Assembly: GCA_043819555.1 (NCBI GenBank)
Contig: JBDREQ010000031.1
Coordinates: 31,233-95,232, forward strand
Direction of reading: 5' to 3'
Length of the DNA stretch: 64,000 nt
Source: Candidatus Zixiibacteriota bacterium
GTDB taxonomy: Bacteria; Zixibacteria; MSB-5A5; GN15; JAAZOE01
Positions 42,926-52,475 of the stretch are shown here, piece after piece (positions within the stretch are counted from its first letter, which is position 1; each line of letters begins with the position of its first letter). Below the pieces are notes generated by a model. That model had not been told where the DNA came from. It ran no database searches and was given only the letters and a program-made list of their open reading frames with translations. The translations under genes were made by a program, and so were the position numbers.

Positions 42926-43861
42926 GTGAATAAGACAGCATATATATTTCCCGGACAGGCGTCTCAATACGTCGGCATGGGACAGGAATTTTATAAAAAA
43001 TCGGATCGCGTCAGGCAGTTTTATCGACAAGCATCTGATTTACTTGGCGATGATTTGGCCCGCATCTCATTTGAGGGGCCGGCTGATAAATTAAAACAAA
43101 CGATTTTTACTCAACCGGCTATCCTGATTCATTCTCTGGCCATTTTGGAGATTGCCGGAGATAGTCTGGTGCCGCCGTCTTTTGCAGCCGGTCATAGCCT
43201 GGGCGAATATGGGGCTCTGGTATGTTGCGGGGCTATGAATAATGAAGACGCCATTACGGCGGTGTGCACTCGGGCCAAATTAATGGAGCAAGCCTGTCTC
43301 GATAACCCGGGAACAATGGCGGCAATTCTTGCTCTAAATGATGAAATGCTTAATGAAGTCATAAGCGAAGCCTCATCCAAAGGGATTATAACGGCCGCCA
43401 ATATTAACTCGGCCATTCAGGTTGCCGTTTCCGGCGATATACCTGCCGTTGAAGAAGCTTGTCGTCTGGCCAAAGAGAAGGGCGCTAAACGGGCAGTCAT
43501 GCTCGAAGTTGGAGGAGCTTTCCATTCGCCGTTGATGAATTCAGCCACTGACGGGATGGCAAAATGTCTGGACGAGATCAATATCGGGGATGCTTTGATT
43601 CCGGTTGTCGCGAATGTGACGGCTCAGCCGGTTACTAAAGCGGAAGATATTCGCCGTCTTTTGGTCGAACAGATAATATCGCCGGTCAGGTGGCGCGATA
43701 CGATGGCATGTTTCGTTGAACAGAATGTCGAAACGGTCGTTGAAATTGGACCCGGCAAAGTACTCAGCGGTTTGGCCAAAAGAGATATGCCCGGGGTAAG
43801 TTTGTTTAATATCGATACTTTTGCTGATTTGGAAGTATTTGCCAAACAGTCCGTAATTTAG
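42926..43861 (+). CDS. fabD: Malonyl CoA-ACP transacylase
   Basis: FPGQ, GHSLGEY, AFHS, EIGPG. Confidence 0.97.
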   Translation: MNKTAYIFPGQASQYVGMGQEFYKKSDRVRQFYRQASDLLGDDLARISFEGPADKLKQTIFTQPAILIHSLAILEIAGDSLVPPSFAAGHSLGEYGALVCCGAMNNEDAITAVCTRAKLMEQACLDNPGTMAAILALNDEMLNEVISEASSKGIITAANINSAIQVAVSGDIPAVEEACRLAKEKGAKRAVMLEVGGAFHSPLMNSATDGMAKCLDEINIGDALIPVVANVTAQPVTKAEDIRRLLVEQIISPVRWRDTMACFVEQNVETVVEIGPGKVLSGLAKRDMPGVSLFNIDTFADLEVFAKQSVI

Positions 43862-43870
43862 GGATAATTT

Positions 43871-44614
43871 ATGAAGCCATTGGAAGGTAAAACAGCATTA
43901 GTGACCGGTTCGGCCAGAGGGATTGGAAAAGCCATAGCCGACAAGTTGGGCAGTTTGGGAGCAAAGCTGGTAATTTCTGATGTTATGGAAGAGATGGCAA
44001 AACAAACGGCCGCCGAATTCTCCGATAAAGGATATACGGCTTATGCTATCTGCTGCAATGTTAGTGATCCTGTAAGCGTCAATGATTTGGTTAATAAGGC
44101 GACAGATAAATTTGGCTCTATTGACATTCTGGTCAATAATGCCGGTATTACCCGGGATGGCCTTTTGATTCGCCAGACATTAGAGGCCTGGAATCAGGTT
44201 ATGGATGTTAATCTTAAGGGGGCCTTTTTGACAATTAAAGCCGTATCGCGGGTGATGATGAAAGCCCGTTACGGCAAAATCATAAATATCAGTTCTGTGG
44301 TTGGTCTAATGGGCAACGCCGGGCAGGCAAATTATGCCGCTTCCAAGGCGGGCCTGGTTGGTTTGACCAAATCTATAGCCAAAGAACTAGCCGGGCGAGG
44401 AATTACCGTTAACGCTGTGGCGCCGGGTTACATCGCAACCCACATGACCGAGGAATTACCCGAGGCCGCTCGCGAAGCGTTTTTAAATGTTATTCCTCTA
44501 AAACGACCGGGAACTTCCGAAGACGTTGCTTCGGCGGTCGCGTTTTTGGCGTCCCCTGAATCTGATTATATTACCGGTCAGGTTTTGCAGGTCGACGGCG
44601 GTATGCTGATGTAA
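43871..44614 (+). CDS. fabG: 3-oxoacyl-ACP reductase
   Basis: [21 protein letters not shown]. Confidence 0.97.
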   Translation: MKPLEGKTALVTGSARGIGKAIADKLGSLGAKLVISDVMEEMAKQTAAEFSDKGYTAYAICCNVSDPVSVNDLVNKATDKFGSIDILVNNAGITRDGLLIRQTLEAWNQVMDVNLKGAFLTIKAVSRVMMKARYGKIINISSVVGLMGNAGQANYAASKAGLVGLTKSIAKELAGRGITVNAVAPGYIATHMTEELPEAAREAFLNVIPLKRPGTSEDVASAVAFLASPESDYITGQVLQVDGGMLM

Positions 44615-44658
44615 ACAGATTTTTAAATAACAGGACAACATTATCAAAGGAGATTGGA

Positions 44659-44895
44659 ATGTCTGTTGAAGAAAAAGTAAAAGAAATTGTCATGGACAAA
44701 TTGAATGTTACGGCTGAGCAGGTAACTATTGAAGCATCCTTTGCGGAGGATCTGGGCGCTGATTCTCTCGATCAGGCCGAATTAGTGCTGGCGCTGGAAG
44801 ATGAATTTGGAATGCAGATTTCCGACAAAGACAGTGAAAATCTAACTACTGTCGGAGCGGCGATTGAATATATAAATAGCCAAAAAGGCAATTAA
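44659..44895 (+). CDS. acpP: Acyl carrier protein
   Basis: DLGADSLD phosphopantetheine site. Confidence 0.98.
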   Translation: MSVEEKVKEIVMDKLNVTAEQVTIEASFAEDLGADSLDQAELVLALEDEFGMQISDKDSENLTTVGAAIEYINSQKGN

Positions 44896-44924
44896 CCATA
44901 GCAGGACAAGGAAGTTCACCTCGC

Positions 44925-46169
44925 ATGAAAACGAGAGTTGTAATTACCGGACTGGGAGCAGTTACTCCCCTGGCCAATTCTTTTAATGAAACCTGGAAGT
45001 TGTTGCTCGAAGGAAAATCAGGTGTCGATACCGTCACCAATTTTTCCACCGAAGGATTGCCGACGACTATTGCCGCTGAAATTAAAGGTTTGGATGCTGA
45101 GAAATATATCGACAAAAAGGCTTTGCGCCGCATGGATCCCAATGAGTTGTATGCCATTGTCGCTTCCCAGATGGCCTATGACGATGCCGGGTTTAAGGAA
45201 GATGGCGAAGGGCTTGACCTCGATCGATGCGGCGTCGTACTCGGATCGGGAATAGGCGGTATACAGACTCTGGAAGCGCAGCATCTGGCCTTGAATGAAC
45301 ACGGTCCTAAACGGGTGTCACCGTTTTTTATACCAATGATAATCATTGATATGTGCGCCGGGATGGCGGCCATGCGATTTAAGTTCCGTGGCCCCAATTA
45401 TTCTACGGTTTCAGCCTGTGCCTCGGCCGCCCACGCTATTGCTGACGCCTATCGAATCATACAGCGAGGTGAAGCGGATGTGATGATTACCGGCGGATCC
45501 GAAGCGGCAATTACTCGTTTGTCCATGGCCGGTTTTTGTTCAGCCAAGGCTCTGTCATCAAGAAATGATGAACCCCAGCGGGCCAGCCGTCCCTTTGACA
45601 AAGACCGCGACGGCTTTGTTATGGGCGAGGGATCCGGGATTATGATAATCGAGTCGCTTGAGTCTGCCAAAGCCCGGGGAGCTCGGATTTATGCCGAAAT
45701 AATCGGCGCCGGTATGACTTGCGATGCACATCACATGACGGCGCCTCTGCCTGATGGAGGCGGCGCGGTGCGAGCCATGAAACTGGCGATTAAAGATGCG
45801 GGCATCAATTCCGATGAAATTGACTATGTCAATAGCCACGGTACTTCGACCGGTTTGGGCGATATAGCGGAAGTCAAGGCTTTGAAAACCGTATTCGGTG
45901 ACCATGCATATAAATTTGTAATCAACTCCACGAAATCGATGGTCGGGCATTTGCTGGGAGCGGCCGGGGGGGTCGAAACGGCCGTTACCGCCAAATCAAT
46001 CAAAGAGCAAATGGTGCATCCGACCGCGAATATTGAAAATCAGGATGAGGAATGCGATCTTGATTTCGCTGCCGATGGCAAACGTTCTTTGAAGATACGG
46101 AATGCCATCACCAATTCATTCGGGTTTGGCGGGCATAATGTCAGTATTATCCTGTCCGCGCATGATTAG
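44925..46169 (+). CDS. fabF: 3-oxoacyl-ACP synthase II
   Basis: SACA, HGTST, GHLLGAAG, NSFGFGGHN. Confidence 0.97.
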   Translation: MKTRVVITGLGAVTPLANSFNETWKLLLEGKSGVDTVTNFSTEGLPTTIAAEIKGLDAEKYIDKKALRRMDPNELYAIVASQMAYDDAGFKEDGEGLDLDRCGVVLGSGIGGIQTLEAQHLALNEHGPKRVSPFFIPMIIIDMCAGMAAMRFKFRGPNYSTVSACASAAHAIADAYRIIQRGEADVMITGGSEAAITRLSMAGFCSAKALSSRNDEPQRASRPFDKDRDGFVMGEGSGIMIIESLESAKARGARIYAEIIGAGMTCDAHHMTAPLPDGGGAVRAMKLAIKDAGINSDEIDYVNSHGTSTGLGDIAEVKALKTVFGDHAYKFVINSTKSMVGHLLGAAGGVETAVTAKSIKEQMVHPTANIENQDEECDLDFAADGKRSLKIRNAITNSFGFGGHNVSIILSAHD

Positions 46170-46179
46170 ATAGACTAAA

Positions 46180-46935
46180 ATGGGCATCTGGGAATCGATT
46201 AAAGAATTGTTTGGGGCCGGTAGGGTGGTCGAGAATCGGAGATTATTGGCAAGTTTTCAGAGCGAAATAGAATATACTTTCAAAAATGAAGACCTTTTAC
46301 AAGTAGCCTTAACCCATCGATCCTTCGCCAAATTGGGAGAAAAGGACTGGCTGCCCTCCAATGAACGCCTGGAATTTCTGGGTGATTCGGTGCTCGGTCT
46401 CGTCGCTGCGAACTATCTGTTCGATAAATATCCCCAAAAACCCGAGGGTGATTTGACAAAATTCAAAGCCCTATTAGTCAATGAAACTACTCTCGCACGG
46501 CAGTCCGTCACTTTTAATTTAGGCGATTATATTCTACTTTCATCCGAAGAGGAAAAATCAGGGGGCCGTGAACGAGCTTCAATTTTGGCCGATGCTTTTG
46601 AAGCCGTCATCGGGGCGATATTCCTTGATGGCGGATTATTTCCGGCCAAAACGTTTATCGAGAGAACCATTATTGCCTACTCCGATGAGATTGCCGCCGA
46701 CAAAACCTACATCAATTATAAAGGGGAACTGCTTGAGTTTCTTCAGGGTCGCAGCGAAGGAATGCCCCGTTATGAAGTTGTCAGCGAAGAAGGACCGGAT
46801 CATAACAAGACATTTACGATCGAAGTAATCGCCAACGGTAAAATTATCGGCAACGGTGTCGGTCCATCCAAAAAAGACGCCGAACAAAAAGCGGCCGCTG
46901 TCGCGCTGGAAAAATTAAAGGATGGGTACAAATAG
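46180..46935 (+). CDS. rnc: Ribonuclease III
   Basis: NERLEFLGDSVL, DAFEA, dsRBD (SKKDAEQKAA). Confidence 0.97.
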   Translation: MGIWESIKELFGAGRVVENRRLLASFQSEIEYTFKNEDLLQVALTHRSFAKLGEKDWLPSNERLEFLGDSVLGLVAANYLFDKYPQKPEGDLTKFKALLVNETTLARQSVTFNLGDYILLSSEEEKSGGRERASILADAFEAVIGAIFLDGGLFPAKTFIERTIIAYSDEIAADKTYINYKGELLEFLQGRSEGMPRYEVVSEEGPDHNKTFTIEVIANGKIIGNGVGPSKKDAEQKAAAVALEKLKDGYK

Positions 46936-47049
46936 CAGATGATAGAATTGACACGGCGGTCCAATGGTTTTGAATTTTATAAATGAGAAGTAATACCGGA
47001 AATAGCGTTTTTGTAACGAACATGATTTGATGATATACTGGAGGTTTGA

Positions 47050-47835
47050 ATGAACATTGTTGTTATCATAAAGCAGGTTCCTGAAATTGAATTGGTGCGC
47101 GTTGACGACGCGTCCGGGCAGGTCAATCTTCCTTCGGGTCCCGGGATTGTCAATCCCTTTGATGAATATGCCATCGAAGAGGCGCTCAAAATAAAAGAAG
47201 CCAACGGAGGGAAAGTTACGGCCCTTACCTTTGGGGGCGATCGAGCCGAATCGGTTCTTCGCCAGGCACTTTCTGTCGGCGCCGATGAGGCGATTCTTGT
47301 TTCTGATTCGGCCTTTGAAAATTCTGATGGAATGGCGACCTCCAAAATCCTCGCCGCCGCCATAAGCAAAATCGGCGACGTCAATCTCGTTCTCGCCGGC
47401 AAGCAGGCCATCGATGACGATGCCGCCGCCGTCCCGGCCGCTTTGGCTGCCAATCTCGATTGGCCCCAGGTTTTATTCGTTCGCAAGACCGAGAGCATCT
47501 CCGACAACGAAGCGGTTTTCCAGCGAACCTCCGAAGAAGGATATGATACCGTATGTACTTCTCTTCCGGCAGTGGTTTCGGTCGTTAAGGAAATCAATGA
47601 GCCTCGGCTGCCCTCACTGAAAGGCAAAATGACGGCCAAGAAAAAGCCCATCACAAAATGGTCCGCTGCCGATATTGGCATCGATGCCTCGAATGTCGGC
47701 GTCAATTCGCCATCAAGAACATTAAAGGCGGCATCGCCTCCCCCGCGCCAAAAAGGAGAAATGATTGAGGGTGAAACGCCCGAAGAAATTGCCGATAAGC
47801 TGGTAAAAAAGCTTCGCGATAATCAGATTCTGTAG
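47050..47835 (+). CDS. etfB: Electron transfer flavoprotein beta subunit
   Basis: KQVP, NPFDEYAIEEA, GKQAIDDD, NEPRLPS. Confidence 0.93.
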   Translation: MNIVVIIKQVPEIELVRVDDASGQVNLPSGPGIVNPFDEYAIEEALKIKEANGGKVTALTFGGDRAESVLRQALSVGADEAILVSDSAFENSDGMATSKILAAAISKIGDVNLVLAGKQAIDDDAAAVPAALAANLDWPQVLFVRKTESISDNEAVFQRTSEEGYDTVCTSLPAVVSVVKEINEPRLPSLKGKMTAKKKPITKWSAADIGIDASNVGVNSPSRTLKAASPPPRQKGEMIEGETPEEIADKLVKKLRDNQIL

Positions 47836-47959
47836 GCTGATTTTATAAGCCTTTAGAATTGGTTATTTTGATAAAAAAAGGGCTTGATTTTCGTGAGGTC
47901 ATATATTAATTCCCTTTTGTAAAATGGCCACTACGACACATCTCGATTGAGGTTTACTT

Positions 47960-48211
47960 ATGCGTTGCGATTTTTGCGGCGATAATATAGAAGGTATTCC
48001 ATTCCAAAAGGATGGGATGACCTTTTGTTCGCTGGAATGCTCCGATGCCATGGAGACAGGCGAAGCGATTCCTCTGGGCGAAGAAATGCTTGATGATCCC
48101 GACGACTATGATGACGATGATTATGGTCTGCTCGATGAAGACGAGGACGATTACGAGGAAGATGATTATGCCAACGTGGATTTGGCTGAAGATTCGGAAT
48201 CGGAAGATTAG
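47960..48211 (+). CDS. Small Cys-motif (TRASH/YHS-like) protein with very acidic tail
   Basis: CDFC...FCSLEC then D/E-rich C-terminal half; GAGGT SD. Confidence 0.7.
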   Translation: MRCDFCGDNIEGIPFQKDGMTFCSLECSDAMETGEAIPLGEEMLDDPDDYDDDDYGLLDEDEDDYEEDDYANVDLAEDSESED

Positions 48212-48318
48212 TAATAGTTTGTGATATTTTTCGTTTAGATAATCTATATCTATCCGTATAACCCGATATATTCAATATAGCGGCGGCTCACCAATAAACC
48301 TCCCGCCGCCGGGGTCTT

Positions 48319-48963
48319 ATGATGATTACATTATATTTTTTTGCGGCCATTCTTATCTTTGCAGCTTTTACAATCGTTCTAACCAGGACCGTTTTCGATA
48401 TTTCTTTTCAAAAAAGACAGTTATGCCTGCTCGTGACAGTATTGCGATGCGGTTTTTTTTATGATATTACCGGCAAACGGGCGGGGCTTTATCTAAACGG
48501 ATTTAAAAAGCTCTCACTTGCAATTAAAACAGGAGAAAAAACTAGGAAGAAGAAGGCCGCTTCCCCAAAGGAAAAAATCAAAAAGGATAAGAAAATTAAA
48601 AAAGACAAAAAGCGAATGCCCCTTAGCTTGATTTTGAAAATGGCCAAGGCCGGATTTCTTTTTCTCTGCCGATTAATCTCGCGCGTACAATATGATACCG
48701 GGCAATTGGTTTATGAACCGGTAATGGCCAATCCGGCTATGGCCGGGATTGCTTATGGATGGACTCAGGCTTTTGGAGGGGCATTTCCCGGATTGGGCAG
48801 GACGTTTCAATTTTTACCGCGCTTTGATGGCGGCCTTAGCCGGATATCGGGGCGGCTGACATTGTCGATTAAAAACCGGGAGGTTATTTATATATTCTTT
48901 CAATTGCTGGGCGAATTGCCGATAAGACAATTAGTGAAACATTTTATAGGAAGGCGAGGATAA
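48319..48963 (+). CDS. DUF2953/YtfI-like membrane-anchored protein
   Basis: N-terminal hydrophobic segment, Lys-rich linker, NPAMAGIAYG motif; upstream of a YtfJ gene. Confidence 0.65.
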   Translation: MMITLYFFAAILIFAAFTIVLTRTVFDISFQKRQLCLLVTVLRCGFFYDITGKRAGLYLNGFKKLSLAIKTGEKTRKKKAASPKEKIKKDKKIKKDKKRMPLSLILKMAKAGFLFLCRLISRVQYDTGQLVYEPVMANPAMAGIAYGWTQAFGGAFPGLGRTFQFLPRFDGGLSRISGRLTLSIKNREVIYIFFQLLGELPIRQLVKHFIGRRG

Positions 48964-48964
48964 T

Positions 48965-49369
48965 ATGCCTAATAATGTCATGGAAGTCATCTCCGGCATA
49001 GTCGGAGAATTAAAACAGATCGCCAGCGCCGAAACGATTATCGGCGAAGCAGTCACGGTTGGGAACAAAACCGTTATACCGATCGTCAAAATTTCGGTTG
49101 GTTTTGGAGCCGGCGGCGGCGAAGGCGAAAAGGAAAAAACCGTGGGCGGGTACGGAGCCGGCGGTGGTGGTGGATGCATTGTAGAGCCGGCCGCATTTAT
49201 TATTATGGATGAAAGCGGCATTTCGCTGCTTCCCGCAAAACCGGGCAAAATCGACTCCATCGTCGAAGCGATTCCCGGTGTCGTCAGCAAAATTATGAAT
49301 CTCAAGAAGAAGCTCAAAAAGTCAGACAACGGGGATTCGGATAAAGGCGTGGAAAGCACGGACGAATAA
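48965..49369 (+). CDS. YtfJ/GerW family protein
   Basis: ETIIGE..TVIP..KISVGFGAGGG...GAGGGGG..EP.AF. Confidence 0.9.
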   Translation: MPNNVMEVISGIVGELKQIASAETIIGEAVTVGNKTVIPIVKISVGFGAGGGEGEKEKTVGGYGAGGGGGCIVEPAAFIIMDESGISLLPAKPGKIDSIVEAIPGVVSKIMNLKKKLKKSDNGDSDKGVESTDE

Positions 49370-49430
49370 GTTACTGTCAGGTCACACGCCTCCTTCGTCG
49401 TCGCAAGACGTGACAGAACATAGAAAAAAT

Positions 49431-49472
49431 GCAGGTCGGGTTCTGAGGCCATCAGGCCGAAAAAACCCGACA
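49431..49472 (+). repeat. GTAG-like REP hairpin (decayed partner at about 49375-49415)
   Basis: GCAG-GTCGGGTT...GGCC-ATCA-GGCC...AACCCGAC. Confidence 0.55.
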
Positions 49473-49579
49473 ATTAATTATGATGGGTTTCTCATTTGTA
49501 ACACCACTTATGTAGCTCTGTTAATTTGGAACCCGATTTACTCAATTTTCAATTTGTACTTAAGTATCAATTATTTATC

Positions 49580-49867
49580 ATGCGTGAAGAAAATCATGAC
49601 AGTGTCGAATATCCTATCGATGGAACGCTTGATTTGCATCAGTTTCAACCCAAAGATGTTGCCGATGTTGTTAAAGAATATATTGCATGTTGTTTGGATA
49701 AAAAGATCTTTGCCGTGCGTATCATTCACGGCAAAGGAATTGGGGTTCAGCGCGAAATCGTCCGGTCAATATTGGAAGATCATCCAGCCGTGATATCATT
49801 CCGTCATGAAGGCGGTTCCGGCGGCGGATGGGGAGCGACCGTGGTTGATTTGAGCAGGGATGATTGA
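49580..49867 (+). CDS. Stand-alone Smr domain protein
   Basis: LDLH, IIHGKG, GGWGATVV; likely start ATG 49580. Confidence 0.9.
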   Translation: MREENHDSVEYPIDGTLDLHQFQPKDVADVVKEYIACCLDKKIFAVRIIHGKGIGVQREIVRSILEDHPAVISFRHEGGSGGGWGATVVDLSRDD

Positions 49868-49921
49868 TATAAATCATTATCGAAACCGCAATGGTTTCGA
49901 TACGCCATTTTTTACAGATTA

Positions 49922-50578
49922 TTAAAACAAAAAATAGTAAAGTTTGTAGAAAAAAATCAAAAGCGATACAATCGCCACCGCCCGCACACAAAAAACTACA
50001 ATTGGGCTTTTGAATAAATAGTCTGGTTGGCCATGTATGATAAAAGAAGCAAATGCCGCAGTATAATTAATGGTCGAGAAGACAAAAAAGACCAAAGTGA
50101 TGATTGTCATAAATGATTGGCCGAATGAAAACGAAATCATAAAACTCCCCAGAAGAAATGCCAGGGATCCGAAATAATATTTGCCGATAATGTCCGAGGC
50201 GGGAATCGCATCCCGTTTACCCATTACCAACAATCCGGCCAGCAAAATTAATATATCGCGCCCAATAATCAAAGATACCAGCCAGAGTGGGAAGTCACGG
50301 ATAAAGATAAGAGCGATAATGAGGACAATGGCGAGGATCTTGTCGGCCAGAGGATCGAGAACCAGCCCCAGTCTTGTCACTTGGTTTAGCCTGCGGGCCA
50401 GAAGACCGTCGAGGAAATCGGTAAATCCCGCCAAAATTAAAACCAGTAGTGCGATGCGGTCGGCGTTTTGAATATCTGAAATTAAAATCAGAACAATTAT
50501 TGGCGCAAGTACAATGCGAATGATCGACATTAAATTGGGAGGCAGGAAAATATGCTTAAATTTAATTTTATCAGACAT
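49922..50578 (-). CDS. CDP-alcohol phosphatidyltransferase (PgsA/cardiolipin synthase-like)
   Basis: PN.MS..R, TDFLDGLLAR...T.LG..LDPLADK. Confidence 0.92.
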   Translation of the reverse strand: MSDKIKFKHIFLPPNLMSIIRIVLAPIIVLILISDIQNADRIALLVLILAGFTDFLDGLLARRLNQVTRLGLVLDPLADKILAIVLIIALIFIRDFPLWLVSLIIGRDILILLAGLLVMGKRDAIPASDIIGKYYFGSLAFLLGSFMISFSFGQSFMTIITLVFFVFSTINYTAAFASFIIHGQPDYLFKSPIVVFCVRAVAIVSLLIFFYKLYYFLF

Positions 50579-50699
50579 GGTACGCTACCGCAATAGATTT
50601 ATTTACCCTTTGTGATAATTACACAGAAAATAAATCAAAAGGGGCGGCATGACAACTTAATAAATTGCCCAGGCGATTAAGGGGAAATGGAAATTTTCA

Positions 50700-52376
50700 T
50701 CAATCGGAATTTATAAACCATTCGGGGGCGAGGCGCTGCGTTGCGTCGACAATTTCGGCGTTTTTTTCCTGAAGGGCCGACCGTTCGATCAGGCTTCGGA
50801 TAGTGTTTTTCAAAAGAAGCATTTTATCTCTGGCGGGAATCAAGGCTGGATAATACTCATTATTGAAAAATATCCGAAAACGCTCTCTCATCCGTTCATC
50901 ATTGAGCATTATCCCAATGGCGTTTTCCAATTCTTTTCCTGTGAGTTCGTCCAGTTTTTCCTTTGGCGAGCACATTAAATCTCTTGTGTGATCAATGCTA
51001 TGATTGGTCTTAAATTGCATTACCCAGCAATCCACAATACCCAAAGAATTGACTGTTATGACATTGACATTTATAGTTTTCTTGTCAGGATTGGCTTCGA
51101 CTCCTGTAACCATCGGGATATAATAATTATCGGTGATGGCGCCAAAGGCGCTAATGCCTCCGGCAAACGGATCTTCAACAATATCGGATACGGTAAAATA
51201 TGGTTTGCGTTCAAAACGGGCGTCCTGAATCGTCAAAAATTCCTCTTCGGTAAAATGGAATCTTTCTTTCCATCGCTCATCGGGCGTGAATTTGGAATTT
51301 GTCAATGCCGTCTGGCTGGTCAGCATCCCGATCATCTGGCCGCCCCGCCAGACCAATGGCAGGACACCGATCGCCCATTCAGCCGATCCGCCAATCTCGC
51401 CAATCATCGAATGCAGTCCATGGCCGTCGGGAAAATGCAAACCATCCAAACCAAGAAACACAGCCGGTAACAAATCTCCGTCCTTATCCATTGGCGTTGC
51501 AATTCCTTCGCGGTGCAACTGGCTAATCATCGGCAGATGCCGGTCTCGGTCGAGAAAGAAAGCGCTTAATTTACTTTTATCGGAAAAACCGTATGACTGT
51601 GAAATGATATCGGTGATCTCGGAGGTATCCAGTTCCCGGGGATTGAATTCCTTGAAATATTTCCCCGAGCCCCAGCGTTGGACATAAATATCCGGCAGAT
51701 GCCGTTTGACTCCAGATTCAGTCACGAATAATGCAGTCATGCTGGAATGGAGCCCTTTGACCGATTTGGTTGTCCCTTCAACGACGTCGCTGCCCATCGA
51801 AAGAAGCGTAACGTTTCGCGGCATTGTCAACCCGTATTGGGTGCGGTGGCTTTTTTTCCCAAAAACGGCGCCGACCGCGATGGTCGGATTGCCACCCGGT
51901 TCCTTTCCAGGTTTAGCGCGGGCGCCTTCGGTGATAGTTGACTCGATTAATACTTCCTCGCCCACAGGTAAAGTCTCCGTCGTTGTCTGAAGTACTTCCG
52001 ACATTATTTGGGCTGCCGTTCGGTCATTGGCGCGCTTAAGATTATTGGTAAGTTCTTTGGTAATCATTTCCTTGGGCACGCCGCACAAACTACCCCGACC
52101 GTGAAGCCCTACGGCCACAGCCGACAAAGCAGCCGATAAAATCACCGATTGGCGTAATTTCCGATTGCGAAGGGCTCCCAGGTTGGATTTATAATTAATT
52201 TCTTCGCTGAGTGTAATTATATCACATGCTTTGAGCGCTAAGTCGTAATTAGCTAAAACAGATTTATGGCGGTGATTAAATTCAATGATTCTATCTTTAT
52301 TAAATTTCAGTAAAACCTGACGGCCATCATAGGAGAGCCGTTCATCCGCAATATTAAAACCCAGGCTATTTTTCAT
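50700..52376 (-). CDS. Divergent, extended class II fructose-1,6-bisphosphatase (GlpX-like)
   Basis: GRG...ANDRTAAQIM, TEG, DVVEGTT, PDIY, LDRDRH, DGD, IGGSAE, GGQMIG follow GlpX motif order. Confidence 0.7.
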   Translation of the reverse strand: MKNSLGFNIADERLSYDGRQVLLKFNKDRIIEFNHRHKSVLANYDLALKACDIITLSEEINYKSNLGALRNRKLRQSVILSAALSAVAVGLHGRGSLCGVPKEMITKELTNNLKRANDRTAAQIMSEVLQTTTETLPVGEEVLIESTITEGARAKPGKEPGGNPTIAVGAVFGKKSHRTQYGLTMPRNVTLLSMGSDVVEGTTKSVKGLHSSMTALFVTESGVKRHLPDIYVQRWGSGKYFKEFNPRELDTSEITDIISQSYGFSDKSKLSAFFLDRDRHLPMISQLHREGIATPMDKDGDLLPAVFLGLDGLHFPDGHGLHSMIGEIGGSAEWAIGVLPLVWRGGQMIGMLTSQTALTNSKFTPDERWKERFHFTEEEFLTIQDARFERKPYFTVSDIVEDPFAGGISAFGAITDNYYIPMVTGVEANPDKKTINVNVITVNSLGIVDCWVMQFKTNHSIDHTRDLMCSPKEKLDELTGKELENAIGIMLNDERMRERFRIFFNNEYYPALIPARDKMLLLKNTIRSLIERSALQEKNAEIVDATQRLAPEWFINSD

Positions 52377-52475
52377 CTTAAAACCTTCTCAATGAGTTTT
52401 AAATAAAAAGCATAGTCGCTCGATTATAAATTCTCAAGCATATTGAAACAAGAAATATCTGATGACAGGCGATAT

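Noticed and set aside
46977..47705. 242-aa antisense ORF (and similar long shadow ORFs, e.g. 9300-10028, 48931-49473)
   Set aside because: Antisense shadows of well-supported genes with no recognisable motifs.
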